From NCBI RefSeq assembly GCF_006345805.1, contig NC_043017.1:30318001-30382000 (forward strand): DNA of 64,000 bases, written 5' to 3'. Position 1 is the first letter of the stretch; every line of letters starts with the position of its first letter. This document shows, piece after piece, positions 12,516-26,590 of the stretch. The DNA is from Octopus sinensis (taxonomy: Eukaryota). Under the pieces are notes generated by a model. It was given only the letters and a program-made list of their open reading frames with translations, did not search any database and was not told where the DNA came from. Position numbers and translations under genes: made by a program.

Positions 12516-13660
12516 ACTAGCATTATGACCCGGCGTTGCCGGGTAATAGTGCTAGTTTGGTATAAATTTGTTAAATTAAAAATTTGAGGTAATAAAACAT
12601 ACAATGACATATTAAAAAGACGAATTAAAATTCCAGAGAAAAATACAGAGAAGATGAATGTGCAAATTTACAAAAATACATAACAGTTCATCTTTCGGAG
12701 ATACGCCAATTAATATGAAACATATAATATATTTAAAATTGACACTCCCCTCGTCAGGGTGTTTTTTACACACTACACATAGTACACGGAAACAAATGCA
12801 CAATTACATACCTGCTACATGCGAAAGACCAGACATTACGTACACCCAAAAATTCTCATAGATACGGGATGCTACTTTATAAGCATATAATTCAATCTAG
12901 CAGCTACAGTAAATGGTATGCGCGCACAGCGCCATCTGGATTAATTCACTTCTGCACCCAATTAAATTTTTAATCTTTTAATTTCTCCCATTCATGCAAA
13001 GCCACATATTCGAGTTCAAGTCCTTGATACATTTTATACTAATTGCTATTTTTTAATTTTAATTGTTATATTACGATTTAATTACCACTTTAATAAAATA
13101 AAATATATTTAATTACTACTTACTATATTTACTATATTTAATTCAGTTGTTATTATTACCTCCAACATTTATTGCAATTTTTATTTCTAAATTTCTTATG
13201 GAACTTCGAGAGGATCTTATGCGTACAATATATTTTTATATGATGTTTATATATTTATATATTACTGTATATTTCTAAACGTCGGGCTGTGGATTCTGTA
13301 GTGTTCTTGTACTTGCTGCTCGCATTGCCTCTCCTCTGATTAAAAAGTGTATACAGCTCATTTGAGCATTACTATTCCAGTCTGTTATATATCTTGAGCG
13401 TTGTTGTCACTAACGATCTCAAGATATAACTTTATATTTTGTAATATATATATATACATCCATATACATACAATAGAGAGATGTTTTTGTTTCACTTTTA
13501 ACATGTAATACTGAAATAGTGGAGAATATATGATATTGCTGTGGGCTTGCCCTAGGCAAGGAGATAAAGATTTTTTTGCCCATGACGCTACATGGACCCT
13601 AAGTAAGGCATGTGTAAAATTTGAATAAAATTGTTTGTGTAGTTCTCAAGTTGACACTGA
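12516..13660 (-). mobile_element. Non-autonomous Helitron-like element, 5' end lost
   Basis: Terminal hairpin CCCGGC-AAC-GCCGGG plus CTAG/T at 12516-12544; distal gtgtaaaatttgaataaaattgtttgtgtagttctcaagtt motif near 13612-13652. Internal continuity uncertain. Confidence 0.55.
12685..12760 (-). ncRNA. Partial hammerhead motif with 54-nt stem II
   Basis: Minus strand: CTGACGA-ggggagtgtcaatt..aattggcgtatctcc-GAAA, but no valid stem III or NUH triplet follows. Confidence 0.4.
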
Positions 13661-13724
13661 ACATTACTTGACACAAGATTGGGGAGCATGGGGAAATTAA
13701 ATGCTTCAATAGACTTCATTACTA

Positions 13725-14420
13725 CTACGTTTCTGTCTCGTAGCAGAAGCACCAGCTTGCATCGCCAGTGATGAATCCCGTAAAAAGGTCTGAATCAAAT
13801 TCTAATTGTTCTTTCATTTCACGACAAGCATTTGATCGTGACTGCTTTTGATCTTCCGTGAGCAAGTGAGGCACAACTTTTGCTGCAACTCTTTTCATTC
13901 GCAATTCCTCTCTCAAAAGTCGTTTTCAGGAGCTCCAGGACACACTTGGCATATTAACAAGATCGTTAATTCTTCCGTGACTGTCCTCTAAGATCATTTC
14001 ATTACTTTTCGTGATGCTCTCGTCTGTTCAGGACGCCCTGAACGAGGTTAATCTTGAAGCGACAAGCGATAGTTCTTAAAGTGCGAAAACCACTCGTAAA
14101 CCTGTGATTTGCTCGTGGTAGCGCCCGTGTAAGCTGTTAGAGGCATGAAAAGTGTTTCGACCGCCGTTCTCCCAGGCGAAAATAGAATTTCACGGAGCAC
14201 GCTTTTCCTTCGTTTCAGCCATCGCAAAAATCTACAAATAGCAGAGAAGCACTACAAGTCAAAGACGCACCACATGGATGTACGGAATAAATAAATAACG
14301 CCAGTCGGGTGACTGAAGCCTGATGTTCCCATCAAGTGGCTTATAACGGCGGAAGTCTGAACTAGAATGGGCTTTTCCCATAGAAAAGGTTTGCGGTTAC
14401 TTTGGGGTACCCACTCATAT
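13725..14420 (-). mobile_element. Mariner DNA transposon remnant, 5' half
   Basis: VKFYFRLG..QVYEWFSHFK..PRSGRP; MKRVAAKVVPHLLTEDQK (WVPHEL-like); FITGDASWCFCYE (first catalytic Asp); TIR-like end tatatgagtgggtaccccaaagtaaccg at ~14395-14420. Confidence 0.9.
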
Positions 14421-14449
14421 AACCAAGGAGGCGTGTTATTTAAATTGTT

Positions 14450-15040
14450 TCGGCTAGCTGGCAGAAACGTTAGCGCGCCGGGCGAATTGCATGGCGGTAT
14501 TTCGTCTGCCGCTACATTCTGAGTTCGAATTCCGCCGTGGTCGACTTTGCCTTTCATCCTTTCGGGATGGATTAAATAAGTAACAGTTACACTTTGGGGT
14601 CGATGCAATCTACTTAATCCGTTTGTCTGTCCTTGTTTGTCTGTCCTTGTTTGTCTTGTCTCTGTTTAGCCCCTTGTGGGTAGTAAAGAAATAGGTATTT
14701 CGGCTGCCACTATGTTCTGAGTTCAAATTTCGCCGAGGTCGACTTTGCCTTTCATTCTTTCGGGGTTGATTAAATAAGTACGAGTTACGCCCTGGGGTCC
14801 ATATAATTGACTCAATCCTTTTGTCTGTCCTTGTTAGTCCCCTCTGTGTGTAGCTCCTTGTGGGCAATAAAGAAATAATTGTTTCCGCTTTGCGTTCTGC
14901 GTTAAGCAGCCGTTAAGGTAGATTTAGCTTTCTATCTTTTGGAGATCGGTAAAATGAGTACCTTTTAAATACTGGGATCGATGTAATCGAATGGCACTGC
15001 CTGCAAAAGTTCCAGGCTTGTATCGAAGGTAGAAAGGATT
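14450..15040 (+). mobile_element. Tandem run of SINE family B units (full, partial, diverged)
   Basis: Full copy 14450-14690, second unit restarting at ggtatttcg (14693-14878), third decayed unit to ~15040. Confidence 0.85.
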
Positions 15041-15682
15041 GTTGATATTTCTATGGGTCTGAAAATTATATTCTTTTACCCCCTATATCTCCTGTCACGG
15101 TGGATAACAGTCTCGTGAAGCATATTTAACAGGATAGTTACAAAACAACAAAACCCCAGTGAAAGGGATTCAAATTGGAATGAACATTTGATAATTCTGG
15201 CTTAGCGAAGCTCCATGATTGGTGAAAACGCCAAATGATATTTCCTGTATTATATAGATATTCAGTACGAAACATTTTGTGGTGTCAGACAGTAAGTAAC
15301 ATTTGAATATATAGAGAACTTATAAAGGATAATATGATATGATGTTATGTAATATAATATCACATATGATACAATGTGACATAATGTAATATAAGTTATA
15401 ATATATTACAGAATATATATATATTGGGAAGTCATATTTTGTATTTCATATAAAAATGGCTTCTATTAACTACTCTTGTGTTTAGCAGAGAAATTATGGA
15501 TATATATCTTCTGAAGAGAGGTCAACCAATCAGAAAACATGACATGAAACTTTGTGGACGAGAATATTATGAATTAATAGCATATATCTACTTTCCACCG
15601 ATAAGCAGAAAGCTTCCTCTTGTAAGTGTAGCATAGGTGTATAGATTTGTATAATTGTGATTTTCTTTATTCGGAGAGGAAG

Positions 15683-15738
15683 AAAACCTGACGAACATGT
15701 GGCTGGTATGCGTTTATTGGCTGTTGAAGTGTTGTTTT
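15683..15738 (+). ncRNA. Decayed hammerhead-like motif
   Basis: aaaac-CTGACGA-acat..ggctggta tgcgtt tattggct gtt-GAAG-tg-TT-gtttt. Stem I 5 bp; GAAGTGTT is two transitions from GAAACGTT. Confidence 0.3.
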
Positions 15739-15843
15739 GATTTTACACCGAACGGACTTATCGTTTGAAGTGAAGGAGCATCTTGTATGCTTGATTAAGT
15801 ACGTCTTTAATCATGATGGCGAGAAAAAGAGGTCTAGAAATGA

Positions 15844-15844
<1 letters not shown>

Positions 15845-15883
<39 letters not shown>

Positions 15884-17310
15884 AGAGAGAGAGAGATAGA
15901 TAGATAGATAGAGATAGGTAGATATAGATAGATAGAGATAGGTAGATATAGATAGATAGAGATAGGTAGATATAGATAGATAGAGATAGGTAGATATAGA
16001 TGGATAGAGATAGGTAGATATAGATAGATAGAGATAGGTAGATATAGATAGATAGAGATAGGTAGATATAGATAGATAGAGATAGGTAGATATAGATAGA
16101 TAGAGATAGGTAGATATAGATAGATAGAGATAGGTAGATATAGATAGATAGAGATAGTTAGATATAGATAGACAGATAGTTAGATATAGATAGACAGATA
16201 GTTAGATATAGATAGACAGATAGTTAGATATAGATAGACAGATAGTTAGATATAGATATAGAGATAGTTAGATATAGATATAGAGATAGTTAGATATAGA
16301 TAGAGATAGTCAGATATAGATAGAGAGATAGTTAGATATAGATAGAGAGATAGTTAGATATAGATAGAGAGATAGTTAGATATAGATAGAGAGATAGTTA
16401 GATATTGATAGAGAGATAGTTAGATATAGATAGAGAGATAGTTAGATATAGATAGAGAGATAGTTAGATATAGATAGAGAGATAGTTAGATATAGATAGA
16501 GAGATAGTTAGATATAGATAGAGAGATAGTTAGATATAGATAGACAGATATTTAGATATAGATATATTTCTTTACTACCCACAAGGGGCTAAACACAGAG
16601 AGGACAAACAAGGACAGACAAACGGATAAAGTCAATTACATCGACCCCAGTGCGTAAGTGGTACTTAATTTATCGACCCCGAATGGATGAAAGGCAAAGT
16701 CGACCTCGGCGGAATTTGAACTCAGAACGTAACGGCAGACGAAAAACGGCCACGCATTTCGCCCGGCGTGCTAACGTTTCTGCCAGCTTGCCGCCTTTAG
16801 ATATAGTTAGATATAGATAGACAGATAGATAGATAGATATAGATAGACAGATAGATAGATAGACAGATAGACAGACAGATAGATATGGATAAACAGATAG
16901 ATAGATATAGATAGACAGATAGATATAGATAGACAGATATATATATATATATAGATAGACAGATATATAGATATAGACAGACAGAGAGATATAGATAGAC
17001 AGACAGATAGATATAGATAGACAGACAGATAGATATAGATAGACAGACAGATAGATATAGATAGACAGACAGACAGATAGATATAGATAGACAGATAGTT
17101 AGATAGATATAGATAGACAGATAGTTAGATAGATATAGATAGACAGATAGTTAGATAGATATAGATAGATAGATATACATAGACAGACAGATATAATAGA
17201 CAGATAGATATAGATAGACAGACAGACTGATAGACAGATAAATAGATATATATAGAGAGATAAATAGATAGATCTTGATAGATATAGATAGATAAATAGA
17301 TAGATAGACA
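15845..17310. repeat. (TAGA/GATA)-derived compound satellite with ~22-24 bp higher-order unit
   Basis: Unit gatagatagagataggtagatata with serial variants; interrupted by SINE B at 16565-16797. Confidence 0.95.
16565..16797 (-). mobile_element. SINE family B
   Basis: tttctttactacccacaaggggc..ctgccagcttgccgcc is the reverse complement of family B. Confidence 0.92.
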
Positions 17311-17817
17311 GAGAGACAGGTATACATACAATATATTCACACACACACACGCCTGCGCGCGCAAATATAATATTTTTATTACTTTTCAACTATTGCAGTC
17401 AGTGATCTTTAAAAATGTTAAAATACAGTAAACTGAGCTGTCAGTAAGGTCTCAAGCAACTACAAGTCGTTAAAAGCAGAATTAAGCTATCCGCTGAAAT
17501 ATTACTTTAGCTTAGCTATAGCTGCAACGAACCACTTATCAGTCCTGTTAGCAAATGTCAGCTCGAAATGATTTATTCAGCTGGAGAAAAGCAAAATCGA
17601 TGTCATCCACAACTCTTTATTTCTTCAATAACTATGAATTCTAATTATTTTAGTCTACCAGTGACATAAAAATTGATGGTTATTTCCTTCAGTTTCTTTC
17701 GATTCAATTTCAATTTTATATTTCAGAGACGATGAGTACTAAGATTTAAACAAGTCTGTGTTTCCAAATTTTCTTTTTTTTCTGTTGGAATAACTCACTT
17801 GGTTAATGCCTTATGAA

Positions 17818-18421
<604 letters not shown>

Positions 18422-18949
18422 TACAATAAGTAAAATAATAATAATAATAATCGTCATTGTAATTATTTAGTTCTCTTATGCTCTAGGTGGTGGTATTTAA
18501 TTCCAGAAGAAGCTAATGTTAAACCGAAAATAAAAAATATGTGAAGTAAAACTCCATTGATGCTATGCCGTACGAATAACCATAGAAACACACTGACGTT
18601 CACCGTATCTTATTAGATTTACTGTAACAAGAGATAAGTAGACTCGCACAAAACATTTTTATTGAATATGAAAATGGAATTAAATAACAGTTCATATCTA
18701 GTGTTTAACCAAGGTAAAATTGCAAATGCAACAATGACTGTCAACGTTTCAGCATCGACTTTGCAATAAGACTGCAACTATCATGTCAAAATCGGCAACA
18801 ACGATACATATATGATGCAGTTAATACGAATAAAGTCGGCTAAAGTGTGCTTCAGATAATTTTACGACAGTACAGTTAAAATCATTTACATTATTGAGTT
18901 ACACATTCGTACCTAAACGCTGAGAGGAAACATTGCTCTTTTTTTATTC

Positions 18950-19013
<64 letters not shown>

Positions 19014-20239
19014 GTATATATTTATATATATATATAAAAGAAAAGCAAAGGAGTGGACAACTTCTGTAAAGAAAATAAAAAGTTGAATCGGAGAAAACAT
19101 GGAGAATATTCTGTATATTTTATTGTAACGCTGTGAAAGACTATTCAATCATTCTATACGTATATTTATGTATGGTTACATTTACATATACAGGATGGAA
19201 AAACTTACATTTAGTTTAACTATACACATGAGATAGTTACCTACATTCAGATTACAGGCACAAACAGAGAGGCACTGCTTATCAACGTATAATTATATAT
19301 ATATATATATATAATATATATATATATAATGAGAGAGAGAGTTCGCAGTGTAAAGAGAGGTTATTAAAGGAGAACAGATCTGAGAACATTATGCTAATTA
19401 ACTACAATTCTGAGATAGGGCTATGCAAATGAACTACAGTGACGCGTGTTATAATCTACATGACTTACGCAACGCTAAAACGTTCTAAGCTTCTATATCC
19501 TCCTATACTACAGAACAGCATATAAATTGTATGTATGTACATATAATGAATAGAAGCAAGATTAAAATTTCCTGCCTAGGTTTGTCAATTCTTTGATCAA
19601 CTGAAATACGAGGCTCATCATAACCAAAACTCTTGGGCAGTATAGTTATATCCCTAATATAATTCTTAGACGTTGTCGGCCTGACGCTATAAAACAGATA
19701 ACCATTTAAATTACTGCTACATTCAGACAAGCAGATTCCCCACATTCTATGTCCATCTAAAATCATTCACTAACCATCGTTTGAAGATAGGCATACCCTA
19801 GACAATTGGCAGTCAATGTTATCACACTCAATATCTTGTGATTGCGAAGCAGACTTCTAAAAATTCTGGTATGCTGTGTAGTCACACTCCCCCATACGAG
19901 CACACTCTTCGTTCTTTCGTTCCCCCTCTATCATATTTCCTTGCCTCCTCTTCATGCTAACTTTCCCTCCTCTTTTCACTTCACTGTGTCCCTGCCATTT
20001 TTCTAGCCCTCCTTATCTCTTCTGTCCTTCTACTTCTACCCCTCTTTCTTCTCTCCCCATGTGACAGGTGTTCGGCCAAACCTGGCCTTACTTTCTTTGA
20101 TCGGCTGCCGTCCCTGCAACACATATGTTTCTCCCTGTGCATGTGAAATCTCGTATCTCTGCCGTAAGGCTTCATTTCCACACAAGCCAGCTTAATTTAA
20201 TTCGTCCTTAGTCGAAAGACACCTATTGTTATGTCCAGT

Positions 20240-20520
20240 TATTTGTATTTGTGTAACATTCTCCGTTTTTTCTGCCTTGTTTTCGTATACATTCACCGCT
20301 TTCTTTCAAGGAATCTAATGTTCTTAGCTTTTCCTTGGAGCCGGCCAGATTGGAGCAATCTCGAGTATAACCAGCCGAAATTGCAAAGATAATCTGGAAC
20401 TCGACTGAGGAAAGGAAACTCCGAATGACTTGTCATTGTTTTTGCATCGTCTATCTGGATGTTTTGTTGTCTCATTTTGTTTCACCAAACTGTTTAGATA
20501 TTTTGTGTCCTTTCTGATTT
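20240..20520 (+). mobile_element. Unclassified interspersed repeat, possibly PLE-derived; second copy inverted at 33120-33350
   Basis: ggccagattggagcaatctcgagtataaccagccgaaattgc..tttttgcatcgtctatctggatgttttg matches the reverse complement of 33140-33270. Confidence 0.7.
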
Positions 20521-20681
20521 TGTATATTATATATATATGAGTCATTCTTGTTGCTTATTTTGATTATAATCACCCCACGGATTTGCATGGATAACACCAT
20601 ACAGAATTCTGGTGCATCTAAATTAAGTGCCATATTCATTTGAATCTAAATTGTTGCTGAACTTATATATATAATATATAC

Positions 20682-20714
<33 letters not shown>

Positions 20715-20923
20715 GTGGTCTTATACTGTCGACTCAATGTGACAGTCCCGTGACGGAATTACACCACCACCATTTAGCCATAGGAAACCTCGACGTCTCC
20801 TGTCGACTTTGACACATTTTGTGTCCTTATATTCGCAAAGTGGAGGCAATCACCCCCGCCAGCTGGGACTAGCAACTGAAGACATATGTTCTGTGTCTAT
20901 TGCTCATCGTCAGTTCAGGGTAG

Positions 20924-20980
<57 letters not shown>

Positions 20981-21700
20981 ATTATTGTCGGCTGTCTATC
21001 TACTCCACATATGTAATAATCATTGTCGGCTGTATATCTACTCCTCATATATATATATAGAAATATTAAAATTACTAAGTCTTTACATATATATATATAT
21101 ATATATGGACATGCGTATATATACATATCTATCGACATCATGTAATGGGACACTTAAAATGTTATAATACAATCAACATTTTTTAATGGGTCCTAATTGT
21201 AGGTGAGGTGTGCAGTTTTACAGTATATCAACTTTAAATACATGGTCTGATCAATAGGTATCAGGATTGCTGGCCGATTAACGAAGGTAACACACCCAGA
21301 GTGAAACCACTTGACACAGATTGAACTTGAACTCTGCTCTGTATGCGCACTATGTTTTAATGTTCTAGCTCACATCCGCTGTTTACAGCTGAGCTTGTAA
21401 GTAATGTGTGTAGCTTGTATTCGTCGCATTGATCATGATAGTGAATGTAGTGCAGAGAATATGCTCCAAGTTTTCCCTAAAGCTGGTGAGAACGGTTATG
21501 TGCTTTTTATTTCGATCCCTGGCTTAGAAGTAGATAATATCATGAGAGAACTGTTGTTCTCCCGTGCCTCAGACACAGACATGTCAGCTTGCTAGAAAAG
21601 CTTCGTTCAGGTATATATCACAAAGTTTGCTATTATATGCTTTATTTTTTCTTTCTTCCTTAGATTTACGCCAACACTTCTTGTTCGTCTGAAATGGGAA

Positions 21701-21941
21701 ATTGCATAGAACTGATTGCATAGAACTGATTGCATAGAACTGATTGCATAGAACTGATTGCATAGAACTGATTGCATAGAACTGATTGCATAGAACTGAT
21801 TGCATAGAACTGATTGCATAGAACTGATTGCATAGAACTGATTGCATAGAACTGATTGCATAGAACTGATTGCATAGAACTGATTGCATAGAACTGATTG
21901 CATAGAACTGATTGCATAGAACTGATTGCATAGAACTGATT
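21701..21941. repeat. Perfect 14-bp minisatellite (ATTGCATAGAACTG) x17
   Basis: 17 identical units with no spacers; produces the repetitive ORFs at 21584-21967. Confidence 0.97.
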
Positions 21942-23389
21942 TCATTCTGATTTACATATTTGTCCATATTCTCAACCCTGTCTTTTCTAATCTCTTACAA
22001 TTTGTAGACCTCGCTCTTAGCTCTTTTAGTCGTCACACTTTGACTCATGACACAATCTACAATTTCCATTAAATTCGTTGACAGAAAATCTTAAGCTAAA
22101 AATGAAAAAAATTTATACGTACATTTCTACACAACAAGAGAAAATAGAAGTGATATGAATGCTCTATTTTTCCTCTACCTTTCGCATATCTATGCCACAT
22201 GCTGTAAATTTGGGAAATGTATATAGGCATTATTATTCCATTCCAGCATTAAACTTATACAAATGTGCACGCGTGTTGAAGCTTGTGTATTCGTATGTGT
22301 GTATTTCTGAGTTCAACGAATTCACATGTTAAAGAACAAACAATGTTTATTGATTCTCTGACTAGGAAAGTTTTTGGAAAGTTACTTACGATAGTAACAT
22401 ATACTTTCATTGTTAAACTTTCCTTCAAGAAATAAAGAGACAGATTGGGAGAAGAAATACAAAAAAACTAAAGGAAATGCAAAAATGGGAGCAAAATTCA
22501 AATTAAATTTTAAAGCAAGAGAATAAAGCTGATTAATTTACAGAATAGAATTTTTTGAAAAAAAAAGAAAGTCAAACCATTTAGAAAATTTTTAAAAAAT
22601 TATATCTCGCACACATAATCAGCTACTTAAAAAACCTGGCTATACATATATCTATCACTGCTATAACCACCACACTCATCGATTCAATTTATCAATAGTA
22701 CCGCAAACAGCACCACTACTATTATGACTAACATCAGACTATTATCCGTGCTTAATATAAAAAGTGAAAATAAGAGAAAAACGTACAATCGAAGCAAAAG
22801 AGAAGTACGCGATGCCACCACAACCACAACAATTTGTACAAAAAATACCCCTTCTATTGTAGCCGTTACCACATTTACAACAGAGTTATCAACACTAGCT
22901 CTATTACCTTAGAATTACCACTAGTACAAATATGCTGTTACACAATAGCAGAATCTACTATATCTAAGGCAATCGTCAGTATGATAGATCCATAGTTAAC
23001 AGTAATTATGCTATCGATATCAGCCAAATAGTTTTAATTGGTTTTCGCTACAGGCTTCAGATAGAGCTGCTCAAAGCCTTACAAAATACGAACTGCTTGC
23101 AACAGAACTATGACTCAATAAAGAACCATAGCAATACATCAGCAAATTAACTTGCTTCCAATAATGTACTGCAAGGACCTGTTTATCCTTTTACCAACAC
23201 AATAGCTAAAATATTTTATCAAATGCACACAAATGGAAATAATTAAATAAATACAGATGTCTGCAGCTAGATCAGCTAAAAGCAGGTGGCTAATCCACAA
23301 TTTCTTATGATAATAGCGGCAACAAATGTTATCTATTTTCCGAAAGAAAACTCACAAGAACATAAACACATCACGTCGAAATTATGCAG

Positions 23390-24070
23390 AGTAATACAGT
23401 TTGGTTCTCAATCACATGGTTCCAGGTTCAATCCCACTACCAGTATTTTTTGCTATAGCTTCCTGCCGACCAAACCCTTGTGAATGGATATCTTAGACTG
23501 AGATGGAAAGAAGCCTGTCGTGTGTGTGTTTGTGCGTATAAAGATATATATATATATATATATATTTCTTTACTACCCACAAGGGGTCAAACACGGAGGA
23601 GACAAACAAGGACAGACAAACGGATAAAGTCGTTTATATTGACCCGAGTGCGTAACTAGTACTTAATTTATCGACCCCGAAAGGATGAAAGGCAAAGTCG
23701 ACCTCGGCGGAATTTGAACTCAGAACGTAACGGCAGACGAAATACAGCTACACATTTCGTCCGGCTTGCTAACGTTTCTGCCAGCTCACCGCCCTGTATA
23801 TATATATATATGGGGAGGGGTGCGTGTGTGTGTGTATTTATATACGTGTGCGTGTGAGCGTGTCTGTGTTTGTACAACCACCACTGCTTGATCCTCTATA
23901 TTGGTTTGTTTATATCCCCTGTCGTAGCTGTTCAGTAAAAAGTCACCCAATAGTATAAATTTAGGAAAATAGTAAAACAAGAAATGCTAGGGTTGATACA
24001 CTCGACTGAAAATTCTTCATATCTGTGCTGGAATTTGGCCGTAGTCTAATGACTGAAACAAGCTAAAAGA
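23390..24070 (+). mobile_element. Old SINE family A split by a younger SINE B insertion
   Basis: Head cacatggttccaggttcaatcccact..aagaagcctgtcg (to ~23521); tail gtctgtgtttgt..gtctaatgactgaaacaag (23860-24070). Confidence 0.75.
23563..23793 (-). mobile_element. SINE family B nested in SINE A
   Basis: Near-consensus reverse complement of family B within the internal (TA)n of SINE A. Confidence 0.92.
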
Positions 24071-24846
24071 TAGAATATAATATTTATTACATAAACAGAG
24101 GTCAGAGAGAGAGAAGTGAATGCAACAAATACATTCACACAGAGCATCCCCATATGTCATGCTTAGCGCAAAATAACGAATCCTTTATAATGCAAACAAT
24201 CCATTAGATCCATTTTAGATTGAATGGAACCGGCTTGACTCCCAAAACAATCCATTGATTAAATGAAACCGACGTTGCTCCCAACATCAATCATAACAAA
24301 CTAACAAGAATACACAAAAATATCGCATTTCGAATGCACACTTGTTGCACACAAACCTACCACGCAAATGAATAAAATAAAATAAATAGATTCCTATTAC
24401 ATTGCGGAGTGAACGGTTCCATATCAGAGAATTCTACCCTGACATAATCTATAACTTAATGTAAAATTGCTCACAAACGAATGCTTGCATCTTAAATACA
24501 CCAGAACAGTACTTTAGTGCAAAATTACATACACTTTTCATCTATATTTCAGCTAAGCACACACCACTTATACCGATGTAGCAGAATAAAAATCTCATTA
24601 AGTGGAGAAATGTTATACTGAAATGCACTGTTCTAATGATAAATGTCAACATGCAACCAACGTTACTCTGACAATAATTCTGACCTGCCTTCTTTCCAGC
24701 TGACTGCAGAAAAATATATGGTTGAATAAAATCAGGGAAAAAACGAAAAAGGGGCATGTAAATACTTTTATATTGCATAATATACAAGAAGATTCTCTTA
24801 CCATGTAAAACATAGTATTCTTTTTTTACCTTTCTCACTTATCTTT

Positions 24847-24885
24847 CCTTTCTCTCGAAAAGCGTAGGCTCGAAACGTCGAAGGT
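24847..24885 (+). ncRNA. Degenerate minimal hammerhead-like motif
   Basis: ccttt-CTCTCGA-aa-agc gtag gct-c-GAAA-cg-TC-gaagg. GUC triplet and stem I present, core mutated. Confidence 0.4.
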
Positions 24886-25496
24886 TTTTCCATTTTTCTT
24901 GAGCCTCAAACTAAAGCACATTGTCTATCGTTTCCTCATCTACCTCTCTGTTGTTTTTGGTACATTTGAATTATTAAAAACGTAATATTGGATCTATAGA
25001 TCGTTATATTACCAGTAACGTATTTTAACCCTAAACATAAAAATTAAGCACACTTTAAATCAAGAGAAAATCTCCAATAGATCTAGTAATAATATCAGCG
25101 CCAAAAACACGAATATCTAGGTATGATACAAAGACTAACAAGTGAAGAAATAACGTAGCGGTCTGGGGTAAAATCGCCCCCAAAATGTTACACTAAAATC
25201 ATTTCACTTATGCTGAAACTATGAAGAGAAATCGATTCTGAGAGAAAAGTGAGTTAATCGAAATACAAACAATGGTTCGCAAGTTTCAAGTAATATCATG
25301 CTTCATTCAAACTTTCAATTCGCAATTCCTACATTGCCGTTTTTTGCCAGAGTTGTTTTTATTTTTGCGTAATTTAGATGACAAAATATTCATCGCACCC
25401 TGTATATATATTCGCAATCACAACTGCCCAGGTTCGATCTCACAGCATAGCACCTTCGGAATATAGTATCTTCTATAACTGTGAATTGTTAAATAA

Positions 25497-25644
25497 GAGT
25501 GGCTGTGTGGTAAGTAGATTGCTTACCAACCACATGGTTCCGGGTTCAGTCCCACTGCGTGGCACCTTGGGGAAGTGTCTTCTACTATAGCCTCGGTCCG
25601 ATCAAAGTTTTGTGAGTGAATTTAGTAGACCGAAACAGAATGAA

Positions 25645-25682
<38 letters not shown>

Positions 25683-25975
25683 GGTGCCCCAGCATGGCCA
25701 CAGTTCGTGAGCTGAAACTAGAATCAATCAATCAATCATATATATATATATATATGTATTTATTTGTGTGTCTGTGTTGGTCCCCCAACATCGCTTGACA
25801 ACCAATGGTGGTGTGTTTACGTCCCCGTAACTTAGCGGTTCGGCATAGCAGACCGATAGAATAAGTACTAGGCTTCCAAAGAATAAGTTCTGGGGGTCGA
25901 TTTGCTCGACGAACGGCGGTCCTCCAGCATGGCCATAGCCAAATGACTGAAACAGGTCAAAGAGTAAAAGAGTGA
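25497..25975 (+). mobile_element. SINE family A with a nested 59-bp LINE 3' tail (25680-25738)
   Basis: gagtggctgtgtggtaag head to tgactgaaacagg tail; insert ggcggtgccccagcatggccacagttcgtgagctgaaactag(aatc)n. Confidence 0.9.
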
Positions 25976-26219
25976 AAAAGGCTTCGCAATTGAAAATGGG
26001 TATATGAAACTAGCATAGATGCCCAGTGTAGCGTACGAGTAATTGATTCTGCCTGTTAATTGCTTTATAAGCACATGAGTTTGTGCTATTGCTCCACTGT
26101 TTACGCGTTTATTCAGGGATGATATTTTCAAGGCACAGCTTGTTTCCCATCCGCATGGATGTACTTTAGTCACCGTTATCTGTGTGGCATCCACACTCTT
26201 CCAGGCATGTAACCAATAG

Positions 26220-26590
26220 CCCACTGCGTGGTACCTTGGGTGAGTGTCTTCTGCAATAGCGTCGGGTCGACCAAAACGTTGGTAGACGAAAACTGAAAGA
26301 AGCCCGTCGTATATATACACACACACATATAAATATAAATAACTGTATGTTTGTGTGTATGAGTGTGAGTCTGTCTGTCTATCTTTGTGCCTGTACTTGT
26401 CATTCCACCATCGCTTGACAACCGATGTTTCTTTGTTTATGCTTCCGTAACTTAGTTGTTCGGCAAAAGAATCGATAAAATATGTACTAGCTTTAAGCAG
26501 AATAAGTTTCGATTTCTTCAAATAAAATCGCTTGAGGCTGTGCTCCAGCATGGCCAGAGTGAAATGACTGAAACGCATAAAAAAAGTAAA
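26220..26590 (+). mobile_element. SINE family A, 5'-truncated and diverged
   Basis: cccactgcgtggtaccttgggtgagtgtcttc..gctccagcatggccagagtgaaatgactgaaac. Confidence 0.82.

Noticed and set aside
20400-20436. Hammerhead-like CTGAGGA..GAAT (and CTGAAGA..GAAT at ~33175-33207, minus)
   Set aside because: GAAA is replaced by GAAT, no stem I, and stems are not conserved between the two copies.
20977-21050. Short local tandem duplications (also ~24195-24285, 9345-9530, 52978-53027)
   Set aside because: Two to three diverged copies only; ordinary slippage products.
21701-21941. Possible CRISPR-like array or repeat protein
   Set aside because: Contiguous 14-bp units with no spacers, eukaryotic context, and a unit length not divisible by 3.
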